Source: Lama guanicoe (Eukaryota). Taken from it: 64,000 nucleotides of DNA. Every line of letters starts with the position of its first letter. Position 1 is the stretch's first letter. Of this stretch, positions 1 to 13,135 are shown in pieces. The notes under the pieces are model-generated. The model saw nothing but the letters and a program-made list of their open reading frames with translations, made no database searches and had not been told where the DNA came from. The stretch is taken from contig MU053561.1 of the NCBI GenBank assembly GCA_013239625.1, positions 1,180,826 through 1,244,825 of the forward strand. The letters run 5' to 3'. Both the position numbers and the translations under genes were made by a program.

Positions 1-175
1 AGGGGGTTGTCTTAGGCGTTGTAGGATGTTTGGCAGCATCCCTGGCCTCTACCCACTAGATTCCAGCAGCACCTCCTTCCACCCACCTCCCCTCCGATAG
101 GACATCCCAAAATATCTCCAGACATTTTCAAAGGCCCCCTGGAGGAACAGAATATCCCTTGGCTAAGAACCACTG
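1..175 (-). mobile_element. MER20 (hAT-Charlie) DNA transposon, cut by window start
   Basis: Reverse-complement match to the recalled MER20 consensus (GTAGGATGTTTGGCAGCATCCCTGGCCTCTACCCACTAGA...TCTCCAGACATT); ends in the TIR AGAACCACTG. Confidence 0.9.
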
Positions 176-1266
176 CTTCCAAACAACTGGATTCATCATA
201 CCCATTCCTTTTTGCCTCTTCTCAGCTCTCTGCTTTTGGAGAAAAAAGCAAATGACAAAATAAACAAACATCAGGCATTTGTTTAAAACAGTAATAGTGA
301 CATCCCCAGACAGCACTGTCTTTCCAGGGTATCCCATTCACCATGTGTCTGGCACTCTGGAGCCCAGTTTTCAGCATGAATGGTGTCCCCTGGGCTAGGG
401 CAAGGCTGGGGCCCTCAAAGGATGACTTGAGACCAGGACACAGGCAACCCAGTTCTTTACACCATCCACCTGGAGTCCTGGGCAGTGAGAAACAGGGAGG
501 CATCACGTTTCCCAACAGCAGGAAAACTCCATCATGTTCACCATGCTTTATGGAAAATCACAGGAAATCATTTCCAAAAATACAGATGAGAGTTATAAGG
601 GCTTTCTGAATAATTTTCAGTTTACCAGTTAGTATCCTTTAAACAGTATGACTCATTCCCTTAATATTCCATTTATTCAAGAGAATGGTTACTGTCTCAA
701 TAATAATTGTTCTCCTATGATATTTTGGTAAACCATGGAAATAAATCCTGGTTTTGGAATGGGATAGTTCATTGATTGACATTTGTTCCAGGATAAATTA
801 CCATCTGATAAAATCCACAGCTCCAGATCCTGCCAGTAGTTTTGGGTACGTCTGTTTGCAATTATCCTATCATTTGCTAGTTATTTCTTCTGATGGTTCA
901 CAGCTCTGTATTCTCTGAATGTGCTGCAAGCCAATGGCCTTCTCCTTAGCTTGAATCTTCCTCCTGCTCATTTACTAGCCCCACTCCTGGCACCCACATA
1001 AACCTCTTTAATACATTAAGCTTCTGCGTCAGTGATCTAGTTAACATTTAAACAGCCCTCAATTTTTTTTTTTATAATTTACAACTCCAGGGTAGTAGGG
1101 CATCTTCTTTTTGATGTTGACTATGCTACCCACCTTGCTGCCATTTTCCCAAATATCTGTAGATGCTCAGGTTATAAAGATTTCCACAACTGCACAGGTA
1201 TGATGCAAGATTATTATTTTTTTCTTATTCATTATTTTAAAATCCAGGTTTTATTGTATGTAACAG

Positions 1267-1820
1267 TGTTACCAAACTCAGCTTTAGCTGCTCACCACTC
1301 AAAAGCCAATAATTGGAGAGGAAAGTGTCAATAGAAAGGAAAGGTGTTTTAATCCAAAAAGCGGGCAATCTGGGGAGATGGTGGGCTCGTGTCCAGAGAC
1401 CAGCTCTGAAGATTCTGCTCAGCCATGAGAGTTTTTGAAGAGAAAAAGGGGTTGGAGGGTTGAGGAATGAAGAATCTCAGTGAATTGTGGAGGCAGGAGG
1501 TTGGGTTCTGAATCATTCTCCATTGCGTGCAGACTGGTTGACTCTCTCTTCAGATGTTATCTTGCCCATATGATGCAGGATGGCTAAGGGGGCTGTTGTG
1601 GGTAGAGAGTTAATCATTCTTTAACTACTTCATTCTTCATTCTTACTTCTTTTAATCTAGGAAACAAATCAACAGGTTAGGCAAGGCATGGTGTATACTC
1701 AGGAAAGCATAAGTCAGGAGTTAGTGTCAATTGCTTGTGATCTTATTCCTATAATGAGGTTCTTTTAAAGTTAGAGGGGGACAGAAATGGGCGAACAGGG
1801 AAGGGGCAAAAGAGCTTTCA
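1267..1820 (-). mobile_element. ERV1-class solo LTR (cetartiodactyl type)
   Basis: Starts TGTTACC...GCTGCTCACCACTCAAAAGCCAATA...AGAAAGGAAAG, the typical reversed U5 end of artiodactyl ERV1 LTRs; plausible end CTTTCA with a near 4-bp TSD (ACAG/ATAG); right end uncertain. Confidence 0.7.
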
Positions 1821-3620
1821 ATAGCAGCCAGGTAAAGACCCAGCGCCTTGGTCTTATCTTCCTTGTGCAAATCTTTTCCCTCCATTTTTAACAGTGCTGT
1901 GTGCAAACATGTTGTTTTCATCCCCTGAAAACATCCAGAGGTCTATTCGCCAGGGAATGACCAGTCACTTTACACTGGTGAAATCCAGGTGAGCTGGAAG
2001 ATAGCAGCAGCACGCTGAGGGAGGTTAGGTGCCATCGATGTACGTATGAAGGTGAAGAGGAGATTTAGGCTTCAGAGTAGATGCTGAGAGCTACAGGGCA
2101 TGGCAGGAGTTACTTGGAACATGAAAGCAGGAGGGGCTTTCTTCAGGGAACTAATGTTCAAGCTGAGCTGTGATCTGTGCACAGCTGTCACCCTTACAGC
2201 TCTCCTATGGTCCAGATTCAGTTGTGACCATTCCTGGGCCAGCTCCCCTTTGCGTTTTTAAAGACCAGTGTGTGGTTCCTTTAAAAAAGCTTTGTGCTAA
2301 ATGTTTATTTCCTTAATGGACTCCAAGTATATTGAAAGGCAGCAAACACACTGCCAAAGCTACTTCTCTGTTTGACACCAGAGGACAATGTCACCCTTTC
2401 TTTCCTGTAAAATCATCATCGTCACCATCATTGTCTTTGTGACGGTAGATATTTATTGCAATACTGCTATTTGTAGGACACTGACCTAGGCCTGGTGACG
2501 TGTCATTATGCTATGAATCAAACTTCAGTACTTCACGCTCTCTTTCAAAGTGTCATGTTAGAGTGCCCCTGATTTTTTGTAATCTCCTATTCTCCCATGC
2601 CTTCTCTTAGCTAATTTTATGTAAATCTGTTCAACACTCCTTCATTATCCAAATCTTGCTTTTAACTCTTTTGGCTTTTACCCTTGTTCATTGCCTGGAC
2701 TGATTCCTTTTTTTCATTTCTTTCTTCCAAAAAACTCTTGTATTACACTCCACCAGGAGACTCTGTCAGCCAAACACGAGAAGCTTATATAACCCTCAGG
2801 GTGTCACCCTCTGGGGGTGTGCAGAAAAGCAAGGAGACGCAGAGGTTTTCATTCTTGTAGGTCTCATGTGACCTGTGAGGTTCAAAAGGGCAACAAGCTA
2901 CTGTTGCCGGACACTGAGTGAGGGCATTTAAAAAATTTGCAGCAAAGTGTTAGAGCTGACAGAGTATGTCAGTGACCAGCCTGATTTCCATCCAAACACA
3001 TAGTATGGAAATGACTCCCTCATTCTACTGGAAGCAAAGTGCAAATGTTCATGCATTTTTTTTATTTTATAAAAGCCCCCAAAGAAGAACTATGACTGTT
3101 TATTTACTTTTTTCACCTCCTAACACAGAATTATGAGTAGATGGATAGACAAACAGACAGACAGACAGTGTTTTGTTGATGCTGTTTAACTGAATGATCC
3201 TCATCTCTCATTACAGTGCTTACTATCATGAACATTGCCCAATGTCTTTTGTTCCTGATTTCTGTAAACACTTTTGAAAATTTAATGTATTCAATAAACA
3301 CGTGGCCAAGGGACTTAGAAACTCTGAATCACGCCTTTGGCCACTGTCTTCTTCCTGTGAGTTCTGTTGGAAAATACACAGAAGACATATGGAGGTACTG
3401 CTAAACTCATAAGGGTTATAAAGACAGAATAGAGGTATTTGTGAACCAGAAATCATAAATTCCATCATGGCAATTCCAGTCTTTTTTTTTTTTCCACGAT
3501 CACAACCAAAAACAGTTTCAGCTCTCTGTGTCTCTACTTCTTGCCACGTCCCTCCCTTCCCATATGAAGATGAAAAGTATGAGGCAAGTGCCAGCTCTAC
3601 TTGCTATCTGCCTCGACAAG

Positions 3621-4085
3621 GATTGAGTCACGTTGGCATTCGCCATCTACCTCTGCTTGGATTAAATCACGAGCCCCTGCAGCCCCTGACCTCCCCTACT
3701 CCCTGAAAGGAGTTCAGGATGGAGGCCAGGAATGAGGCACTCTGTGCTCTGGGAAAACTGGCAGAACAGGCCTTCAGAGAGAGATTTTCAGGAGAAGGTT
3801 TTATGAGCCCAAATTCTTGCATCTCCTCAGATCTAGAAAAGCACTAAAATCATTTATGGTGACATCTGCTCCTTGTGACTAGCAGCAAGCCTCTGCCCAA
3901 CCATGTGCTTGACTGCATGCACCCCTTCTTCACTGAAATCACATACAATACCGAGCTCCCCCTACCGCTTCCGAGCAGTTACTCAGACCTATCTGAGGTG
4001 CGTCTCCCAGGCTACAGTCCTCATTTTGCCCCAAGTTAAACTTAACCCACAACTCTCAGGTTGTGTGATTCTATTTCAGTCAATG
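3621..4085 (+). mobile_element. ERV1-class solo LTR (cetartiodactyl type) inserted in a MIR
   Basis: Diagnostic blocks CCTGAAAGGAGTTCAGG..GGAATGAGGCACTCTGTGCTCTGGG and AGTCCTCATTTTGCCCCAA..AAACTTAAC; flanked by CAAG at 3617-3620 and 4086-4089. Confidence 0.8.
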
Positions 4086-4246
4086 CAAGTTATTTAATCT
4101 CTTTGGGACTCAGCTTCCTCATGTTTAAAATGGACATAACAATAGTATCTCAAAGGGTCGTTGTGAAAATTAGATGAGTTAATATATGTAAAGTGCTTTG
4201 AACAGTATGCTGTGTATAGTGTCAGTTAAGTGCGTGCTATTGTTAC
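4086..4246 (+). mobile_element. MIR SINE, 3' part (5' part at ~3590-3620)
   Basis: CAAGTTATTTAATCTCT..CTCAGCTTCCTCATGTTTAAAATGG..GTTGTGAAAATTAGATGAGTTAAT..GTAAAGTGCTT matches the MIR core. Confidence 0.85.
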
Positions 4247-5489
4247 CTGGAGTCCCTCTTAGTATGAGGTAAGCATTGGTCAGGGAAGTATCTTTAATGG
4301 CCATGAGTGCTTTTTAGCTTTGAAAAGAGGCCCTGGCAATTGAATTGCAATTAGCTATTCTTCCCTAAAAAAAGTGCCAATCCCTTTGTGGTTCAGAATG
4401 AAAATCCTTTTCACTTATTATGGCCAATGTTACAGAAACGCTCAGAATATTCACTAGAAAATTTTGCTTAATAAGTACAAATTGCAGTAAATGTAATAGA
4501 AATTGAAAACATTTACTGTGTGAATAATTCAGGAAACAGTCTTAAAAAACATGGGAAAATTATATTGCAATGTTTTAAAGATGGAAAGTCACTATATTTG
4601 TGTTGTCCTATCACACACAGTAATGTTATAGAGATACTTTTTGAAAAACCGTAGTTATTACCATAAATCCTTTAAAAATAGTCAGTGAAAAGTTGACTAT
4701 AATATGAGGAAGAAACAGTACGTGACACTTTTTAACTAATACGTGCAGAAAAATTTTGCTTCAGTGAAAGTGCTTTGTGCTCTAGCTGCAGAATGGGCTC
4801 TTGTCATCTCCTTAGTCTCTGTAAGATTCTGTTTGTTTAACACTTTGGTTTTGGGAGAGCTGAAAAACTCTATATCAAAAGATGAAAAAAAAAAGTATTT
4901 TAAGGCAGGGACAAACAATGCAAATGCTAAGTGAAGGCAGAGGAAAAGTCAGCAACAGACATGCCACCAAGCACAGCATGGTCAGTGAATACCGGCTCTA
5001 AGTTTGCCTCTGAACTTCCTCATGGCCAAAATCAAAGGAGAAAAGATGAACTACAGATTTTTTTTTGACACTATAATACATAGACCACTGAGTCTTTAAG
5101 TGAAGCATAGAGTTTCCTGGTACTGAGGTCTAATAAAAATTTGTCCTGTAGGTTTTTCACAAAAGGGATACTGGCCATAGGGTGGATGTTGGTTTTGGTC
5201 ACCTAGCCACCATAAACACCATGATGTTATAAGATTCTCTCTTTGTCTCTCAGAGAGGCCAGTGGCAGAACACCAACCCACTTCAGTAGAAAAAACTCTG
5301 CAAGTGATCAAAGTAAGTTCTGGTGAGATATGGACTCTGACTGGGCAACTTGAGCATTACTTCTTGCAGCTGAATTTTGGGGAATTCCTGTGCAGAGATG
5401 AAAAATGTACTGAACCTGGCGGCAGAAGTCATACACTTCTGTCCTGTTTCTGCCTCTGAGTGGAGATATAACCAGGGTGCATCTACTCC

Positions 5490-5780
5490 TGTCTCAGATG
5501 TGGTTCCCCAGAAGCAAATTCCTGGATGTGCATTCAGATACAAGTGACCCATTGCTATACTGCTTCTTGGATAAGGCCTGAAAGGAGTTGGAGGAGCAGA
5601 ACAGGAAAAGGGCAGAAGGCAAGTGAAGATGCAGTTTCAGGAGAAGTCCTGCCTCAGCCTGGACACCAGGAATTTGGGGAGTTAAATCTCACCTAAGAGT
5701 TTTCATGGAGACAAAGCCCCCCAATTTTGTACCTTTATATGAGGTAGCTCTTAGCTGTCCTGGGCTGGGGTGGGAGGCTG
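5490..5780 (-). mobile_element. ERVL LTR (LTR16-like), decayed
   Basis: TGTCTCAG..GGTTCCCCAGAAGCA start plus GGGCAGAAGG..GATGCAGT..CCTCAGCC motifs. Confidence 0.6.
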
Positions 5781-6569
5781 GATGGTGGGGAACCTAAATA
5801 ATCAGCCTCCTCAGGCTCTTTGTAAAAGGCAAGCGATGATGGTGATCTCTTAGGTAGCATCAGTAGGTGATTATAAGCTCTGTGCATCTAGGGTTACTTT
5901 TTAATTCTCCTGGGAATACAGTTTAAATTACAGCATTGCTATGTCACTTAAACAGATGGAGAAAGAACGATATAGTCTGGTCGAAAAGCAAAGGCGATAC
6001 CATGAACTGGCCAGATCGCTGTTTATTAACAGCTCTGAAGAGGCCTTGTCTCTCCTGGGGAAACCAAAGAGGGGATGCGTGTTACACATGGGAAGGGACA
6101 GGCTGGGAAAGGGTCAAGACTTGAACAGTTGTTAGAAGACAGCACTTTGTCAACTGGGTTGAAAGCCAGTTATGGAATACTGAATGAAAATTACTCAGCC
6201 TTTGTGGCTGCGGTGGCACCTGTTCAGACCAACTGACGGTAGTGTATTTCTCCCTTGCCTGGAAGAGGGCAGACCCAGTTTCTTAAGAGTTAATGGATGG
6301 TTGGAAGATTTCAGCCACCCTTCTCTGTTGACACATACCACACCCGCCTGGAAGTGTGAGGCCCTGTAGCCCTCGACACCCACCTTCCAGTGAGCAGCCT
6401 CACCATCCACCTTCAGTGCAGCCCAGGAGGCTGAGACTACTGAGGAAGCTTATTTGCATTTAATCCTTGTTCTTTCAGTCTGGGTCTCTGGGAGAAGGCT
6501 TTTTTTTTTTTTTAATCATCTATCTCCAACTTTAGAACTTGAAGTTTAATTCCTAATCAAACAAAGATT

Positions 6570-6700
6570 CTATGACTATGGACAAGTCACTTCACTGAGC
6601 TTTAGTTTTTGTATGTATTAGAGACGATAACATAGTGTCTATCCTGTACACTTGTTGTGAGGATTAATTGAAATTTTGTCGTACACCACTTAGAACAATG
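6570..6700 (+). mobile_element. MIR fragment
   Basis: GGACAAGTCACTT..GTTGTGAGGATTAA..CACTTAGAACA. Confidence 0.65.
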
Positions 6701-6999
6701 CTTTGTCAATATTGTCATTGCAGGTGGGGTGGTGTTTTAAGATCAAGACTTACTGGGAGACATTATCTCCCACAGATATCTGCAAGAATAAACACAAGAG
6801 CAAAAGAACACATTATTTATTGCAAGTTGGTGAATTATTTTTCTTGACCTAACTGCTCTAAAATGTCTCTCTACTTAATACATTCTAAGCTTCTTCTTAA
6901 TGAATATCTTGCATGTCTATTCCCCTTAAATCAGTTGATCAAGATAAAACCACAAAGTAAAATAAATAGCTTCTGTAAAGTAGCATGGAAAGCATAAAG

Positions 7000-8290
7000 T
7001 CAACATTGCAGTTGTTACACTGAATAGAAACAGACTGAATCCCTTTATTAAAAGACAGAGATGATCTCTTTAGGGTAAGAAACAAAACCCAATTACAAAG
7101 TATTTACAAGAAAGAAACAACTCAAAATGATACGACAAATTTGCAAATAAAAGAATAAAGATACCAGGCACGTGTAAATAAGAAGAAAGAGCAAGTCATA
7201 CTGTTAATGTTGGATAAGTTAAAAGGCATAAACAGGAGAAGAAGAGACACACATGACGTGGAGGTGCAGTTTATGACCACGTCTAGCAAAAACTCTATGT
7301 GCACCAAAACATACAGAAGCTAAATATGGAAAGCAAACTAAGTTAAAATAAGAAAATATTGAAACATAATTATGAATACCGACATCTTACAATAGAACCT
7401 CAAAATACAGTGCAACAGCTGTGGGGAGAAATAGGTGAGTCAACTGATGTCGTTTTAGACTTTTAACATGATCTTCCTGCAATGAGGCAGCAAAAAAGCA
7501 GCCAAGATACAGAAACCTTGAACAGTGCAGTTACGTGCCCAAGCTGTTAGTTATACGTAGAACTTTCAGCAACACTGAATACACAGTGCACTTGTAGAAT
7601 ATTTACAAAACCTGGCCATGTACAAGGGGAGCCTCAATATATACCAAGGGGTAAGTAATGATGATAAAATGAGCGTAATAATTACCAGTTAAGTGCTTAG
7701 AATGTGTGAAGCACAATTCTCAGCAACTTGGATCCTCAGTAAAACGTATGAAATAGGTCCATTATTATTTCTGTTTTACAAACGAAGAAACTAAGGCACA
7801 GACAAATAACTAACTTGTCAAGTTCACTCAACTGTGCAATTGTTCTTACCCATTATGCCATATTTATAACTTCATGCTAATGAATTTAATAATCTGAATA
7901 AAATGAAGACACTTCTAGGGGGAAGAAAATGCCAAAACTGGCACAAGAAGAAATAGAGAACATAAACAAACCACTAGATATTAAAGAAATACAATTGTTA
8001 ATAAGTGTCATACACACTGTATTCTTCCACTATTAACATATAACCCTTGGTTAGAAATAAAGTCCTAAGGGAAACTGAAAAACATTTAGAACTAGAGAAA
8101 ACTGAACAAACCATATGTCAACATTTATGGAACATAGCCAAAGTAATGCTTATAGGGAAATGTGTAGCTTTAAAATAATTACTAGGAAACAAGAAGGGTT
8201 GGGAACCAGTGTGCTAAGCACTTAACTTAAAACTTTGGAAAAGGATGAAGAGGGCAAAGAAAAGAACACAGAAAGAAGAGAAAATGTGTA
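7000..8290 (+). mobile_element. Ancient L1 (L1M/L1ME-type) ORF2 fragments, interrupted by a MIR
   Basis: A-rich decayed ORF2 endonuclease-region motifs (TATGTGCACCAAA, TTTACAAAACCTGGCCATGTA, CAAGAAGAAATAGA, ATAGGGAAATGTGTAGC). Confidence 0.7.
7670..7830 (-). mobile_element. MIR
   Basis: ATTATTATTTCTGTTTTACAAACGAAGAAACTAAGGCACAGA..TAACTTGTCAAG (reverse MIR core). Confidence 0.8.
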
Positions 8291-8599
8291 GCAGTTAGGA
8301 TTTGATCTGAAAAACACTGCAACTGAGCGACATAAAATGAGACCTTATAGAATTGTGGGAGAAGTTGGGAGAATAAATGTCTAAAAGAGGAAGAATGGAG
8401 GATCAGAGAGAAGTCTAACCAAGTACCATGGAGAGGAGCTGGTTAAGTCTGTGAAAGGCTGTTGCTTGTATCTGATGGTGAGGCTTGTTGTGAGGATTAA
8501 ATGAACTGGGATGTATACAAAGGGCTGAGGACGGAGCCTGGCCATACAAATCATAACGTGTTATTCTAATTTTATGCATAATAACAATAATTAGTCAGA

Positions 8600-9480
8600 A
8601 GTAGTTGGGGAAAATATGCTATTGTAACAACTCTCTTACAACCAAGATTAGAAAGTATCTAGAAATGAATTTAATAAGAAAAGTACTTAGGGTAAGGCTA
8701 TAAAATTTTACTTAAGAACGTAAATTATGATTTAAACCAGGTATCTGTAAACTTTTTCTGCAGAGGTCTAAATAGTAAATATTTGGGGCTTTGGGTGCAG
8801 ATGGTCTCCATAGTTAACGGTTCAACTCTGCCACTGCTCAACTACAGCTGTAGCATGAGAGCAGGTGTGGACAACACAGAAATGAAGGAACATGGCCGGA
8901 TTTGGCCAATGGATGGGCTATAGTTTTCTGACCCTTTGATTTTTAAAAAATTGGAATTACATACTGTATTCTTGGGTGGAAAAATGTAACAGATACAAAT
9001 GTCCATTTCTCCAAGATAATGAATGAAAGGCATATTTTGGAAAGATAACTGCATAGGAATAGCTTCAAAAAGATTAGGGCAACTAAGGAGAAAGCCTAGA
9101 AAAAGTTTTTCTTTTTCTCTCTCCCTTTCTCTCTCTCCTTACCCATTTAGAGGAAAACTAAGGTCAAATCTTTACTCATAGAAATATGTAATTTTCAAAG
9201 TAATTCAAAACTCTCGGAAGAACATTGTGGAGAGCATATGTAGTATCTAGGTTTGATGAGACAACTTTTCATTTATAGATAGAAAACCTAAAAGCCATAA
9301 AAGGAAAAGCTGATTTTTTATTACATAATAATTTGCTGTTTTTATATAGTAAGAGATACCATAAACAAGATCAAAGGTAAACAAGAAAGTGAGAAAGAAT
9401 ACTTAAAATATACACAGTTCTTTTGTGTTGACACTGAAATGCCAAAAACACAATAAAAATGAGAAAAAGCTATTCAGAAA
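8600..9480 (+). mobile_element. Ancient L1 (L1ME-type) fragments around MER58A
   Basis: AAAGTATCTAGAAATGAATTTAA and TATTCTTGGGTGGAAAA..CAAATGTCCATTTCTCCAA are decayed L1 ORF2 3' motifs on both sides of MER58A. Confidence 0.55.
8738..8938 (+). mobile_element. MER58A (hAT-Charlie)
   Basis: CAGG..AAACTTTTTCTG..AAATAGTAAATATTT..CAACTCTGCC..TGTAGCATGAGAGCAG..GGCCGGATTTGGCC..TAGTTTTCTGACCC. Confidence 0.85.
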
Positions 9481-10139
9481 AATGCCAATTCAAAGGGCTC
9501 GTAACGATTCGAATGTGCACTCTGCCACAGTGGCAGCACCATCTCCTGCACTGGATAGATAACATGGGATGTAGATGGCAGCAGTGTTTGACAGAGGGCA
9601 AGACGGACAAAAGCAGCCACTTCTCACCTGAGAGTGTTTGACTGTATCGTGACACAACTAGGCCATCAATAATAGTACGTGAAAATTAAACAGAATGAGG
9701 TACAGTTTCTAGTTTAACTGGAGGGATTTCTCAATGCACAGAGCAAAGCAAGACGTAGAGGAGTTGTATACAATGCGGTCTCCTCTTTTTATAAACAGTG
9801 GGCCTCCCCGAATCTTATGTGCACAAGTGTGTATATTTATATATCAATTTTAGGAGCACACAAAACTAAAGAACATCGATTACCTGATGAGATGGGGATG
9901 CGGGGGTGGGAGGTGGAAGGGAACACGGTGCATGCACCCACACACGCGGTTTGTAAGGAAAAAAGTGCTCATAATTTAAAAAATCTCACTTATGTAAAAT
10001 TTTATTTATCTATCCATGGGTGGCATTAAAAATATTTAACAACTGGTATGGCACAGATACAGACCAGTCAGAACGGACGCTGGCTGCTGCACCATACGGG
10101 TGTGCGCCCCCTCAATATTGGCCCTGTTACTCCCCTACA

Positions 10140-10290
10140 TACTTGTGCCTTTATTTCTGTGGGATGGATTCCTGGGAGTTGGATTGCTGGGTCAAAGGGT
10201 ATGTGTATTTCTAATTTGAAAAGAGATGGCCAGCTTGCAGTCCAAAAAAGACTATAGTGATTCACATTTCTTCTGGCGGTGTATACGCAT
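10140..10290 (-). mobile_element. Old L1 3' fragment
   Basis: GATTCCTGGGAGTTGGATTGCTGGGTCAAAGGGTATG; ORF 10068-10265 encodes the L1 ORF2 C-terminal-like IPFDPAIQLPGIHP. Confidence 0.7.
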
Positions 10291-11016
10291 GCTTCCCCCC
10301 CCCACCCCGCACCCCAGCGGCAGTGGGGAACATATCAATCACTGAGCAGGGAAATAGTCTGAGATAGGCAAGTATTCTGTCTCTCAGCTGGAAGCCTCAG
10401 CTGTTGAAAAGAGTGAAAGGAGCTTGTGGTTTTAAGGAAGGTCTCTGACATGCTAATCTTTAAGTCCGAATACTCTGTGCCCAAGGTAGAATGTCTCCCA
10501 GCTGCTCCTGCCTTCCCCCATGTTAATCCCCACCCGCTCCAGTTTAGGACTTGTCCCTTCTTCCTAGGCTGAGGTGATAATTTTATTGCAACGGATGTGC
10601 CTATCTTTGAGATGTGCCATTTAAAGCTTTTATCGCTAAACCCAGAGGATCCAGTTCCCTCAGCAAATGGACACTGTGATAACTGACTACTATTTTTAAG
10701 AAACCAAAGTTCAAGTCAGAAAACTTTAATGATGGGGCATTGCCGTGGTAATGCGCACTTGTCTTGCATAACGTGTGGAAATGGTGAAGAAGTGACATGT
10801 TCCCCCTTATGGAATATAAATGTTCGTAATTCTTTGGTTAGGGCGTTTGGCCCTCTGCGCGTGCAGAGGGCTTCAAGGTAGAGAGGCAGAGGGAAAACTT
10901 AAATAGAAAATTTTCAGCATGGTTGATGGGATGGATGGTGATATAATTTATAAAGAATAATGATGGAGAGTGATTTTTTTTAAAAAGGGCAATTAAATTC
11001 AGTTTTGAACATTGAA

Positions 11017-11635
11017 TTTCATTCAGTCACGACTTTTATTGAGAGTTCACTGTATTCTGGGTGCTGAGGATACAGGGATAAATGATACCATCTGAAACCC
11101 TGAAGATACTCTTAAGTCTAGAGCTCCGAATAGACAGTTAAAACCTGTGGTGTACATTTTAGTTAAAATGTGAATTCCAGGATGCCAGAGGAGAAGAGAA
11201 AAAAGATACCTAGTTCTAGCTAAGGGCTCCTGTGGGAGCCTTTCTGGTAACGGTGATACCCGAGCTTAGGCTGGGAAGAGTGTGAGTCCAGTGTGTGTAA
11301 GGAAAGGGCAGTCAGGATGGAGAACAGCATGGACAAAGGTTGGACGGCAGGGCCAGTGAAACAGGTGTGGGAAAGGACCAGGGGCATGTGAGTGAACACA
11401 GGCAGCAAAAAGAAACAGGTTGAAAAGTAGGATCATGAAAGACCTTTCAAGCCATGCATCCTGTGGTTGAGGCAGTGGATCATCGATAAAGTAGGTGAGT
11501 GATGACCCAGTTTGTATTAAAAATAGAATCATGGACCTTTGAAAAGGAGAGGTGGTGGGACTGGTGACAGGAGGCTACATCCAGTAGGGATTGCAAGCAT
11601 CTCAGCAAGATGTAATGCAATGCTAAGGCAAGATG
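11017..11635 (-). mobile_element. L2 LINE 3' region
   Basis: TTCATTCA tail, TTTATTGAG..GGGTGCTGAGGATACA, followed by purine-rich L2 body. Confidence 0.7.
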
Positions 11636-12044
11636 GACCGGACCGCAGGGACACGGGATGAGTCTCCTCTTTGCATCAGGTGTTCTCATGACAACTCTGA
11701 TTGTGCCAGACCATCCACTGCCCTGTCCAACCTCTGTTTGGCTCTTCTCTTCCCATTTCCCACAAGCTTCTATGGTGCAAAGCCCGTTTTTGTTAAATAT
11801 TGGAGTCAGCAATCAATTTATCATTGAATGATGAATAAGTCACAGGCTCATTTTAAGAGAAACTTTTTAAAATTGGTGGTTTCAGGTAAGGTTACTTATT
11901 TAAAGCATAATTTTTGGCTGTACAAGGGTGTCATTTATACCTCATAGCTGGCCACCTGCTTTGCCTGCTTATGAAACCAGCTTTGTGCAGCATGTAAAAT
12001 GGTCAGAGGTGAACAAGTGAGATTTTTCTCCCCCACCTTTGACA

Positions 12045-12454
12045 GAGTCTCTGTTTCTTTGGTAACAAGGAACCCAAAGCAACTCTGGCTAACTTAAGTG
12101 AAAGTTAAGAAGTTGGGGAAGAGGCAGGGTGAATTTCTTGGACACATAACATGAGATTTCACAGAATCAAAGGAGAAAGTGAGCAACTAGGCTGGGGAAG
12201 TGGCTCCAGCGATCTTTGAGTCAGGAACTCATCAACTGTCCTTCTGGAACACGGCCCTAGAGGGGACAGTCCTTCCAGTTTAGATTCTATTGGGGAAGCA
12301 CTTGATTGGTTTGGTTTGCTCAACATACCCGTCCATCAGGGAAGGCAGGGTAAAGGTGAGGGGTGCCATGGTTTAATCCCTAGGAAAGTGGAGTCTGGCA
12401 CCAGAAAAACCAGAAAAGGATTCCAGGCAGGCAAACGCAGCAGATATCCACGAT
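12045..12454 (-). mobile_element. MaLR LTR (MLT1-type, old)
   Basis: CAACTCTGGCTAACTTAAG..TCACAGAATC..TGATTGG..GGCAGGCAAA..GATATCCAC. Confidence 0.65.
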
Positions 12455-12954
12455 AGCAGTGTCTTGCTAATTTATAAATCGAGGGAACCAGGAGATTTTA
12501 AGCCCTCCTCCTCCTTTAAATTTGGAGTCTGAGTTTGTGAGTTAAATATGGCTCAGTACCCTTGTAACCTTTTACAAGTCCATGGATACTTCTTATCATG
12601 TATTCCCTTAGTCAGTGAGACAATCTCATGGTTAGATGTTTTGCTGATGGGGTCTGAATAGAACCACCAGTATTTGCATGCTGGGTATTTACAACTGGCT
12701 TATAGCAATGGAAAGGCTAGTGTTTAAGAATAAAGCTCTGAAGGAAATCCTCATAAAGATAATAGAAAGATACAAGTTTCATAGCTTCTCTGCAGCAGAA
12801 GGCTATTCTGGGAAATTACCTTTAAAATATGTGGGATCTTTAGTTTTAGGGATTTCTACTTTCCTTCCCATTCAAGACCAAAAATGTAATATTGTTAAAA
12901 TACAGTTTTTCCATCTCTGATCAGATAAAATGTTGACCAAGAAGCCACTTAGCA

Positions 12955-13135
12955 GTCCACGCGTCAGCGGCGAGACAACCGCGCTAGGGACATTTCCAGA
13001 GACTCTCTAACAGTGTTCCTTGTGGACTCCAAACAGCCAGGGCCTCGGGCTTGCTGAAGCCCTGACAGCAGCTTTACTTGCCTTTTTACAGTAACAACAG
13101 GTGCTTGGCACCAGCGGATGTTTGCCACCGTAAGT
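12955..13135 (+). promoter_or_regulatory. Candidate promoter/first exon or short internal exon
   Basis: Local CpG cluster (CACGCGTCAGCGGCGAGACAACCGCG), kB-like GGGACATTTCC at 12987-12997, pyrimidine tract with AG at 13091, and donor CC|GTAAGT at 13130. Confidence 0.4.

Noticed and set aside
4900..5055. Possible ancient DNA transposon fragment
   Set aside because: Looks familiar, but I cannot assign a family or termini with confidence
9560..9585. Second CTCF-like word (GTAGATGGCAGCAG)
   Set aside because: Lacks the CC(A/G)C half of the core motif
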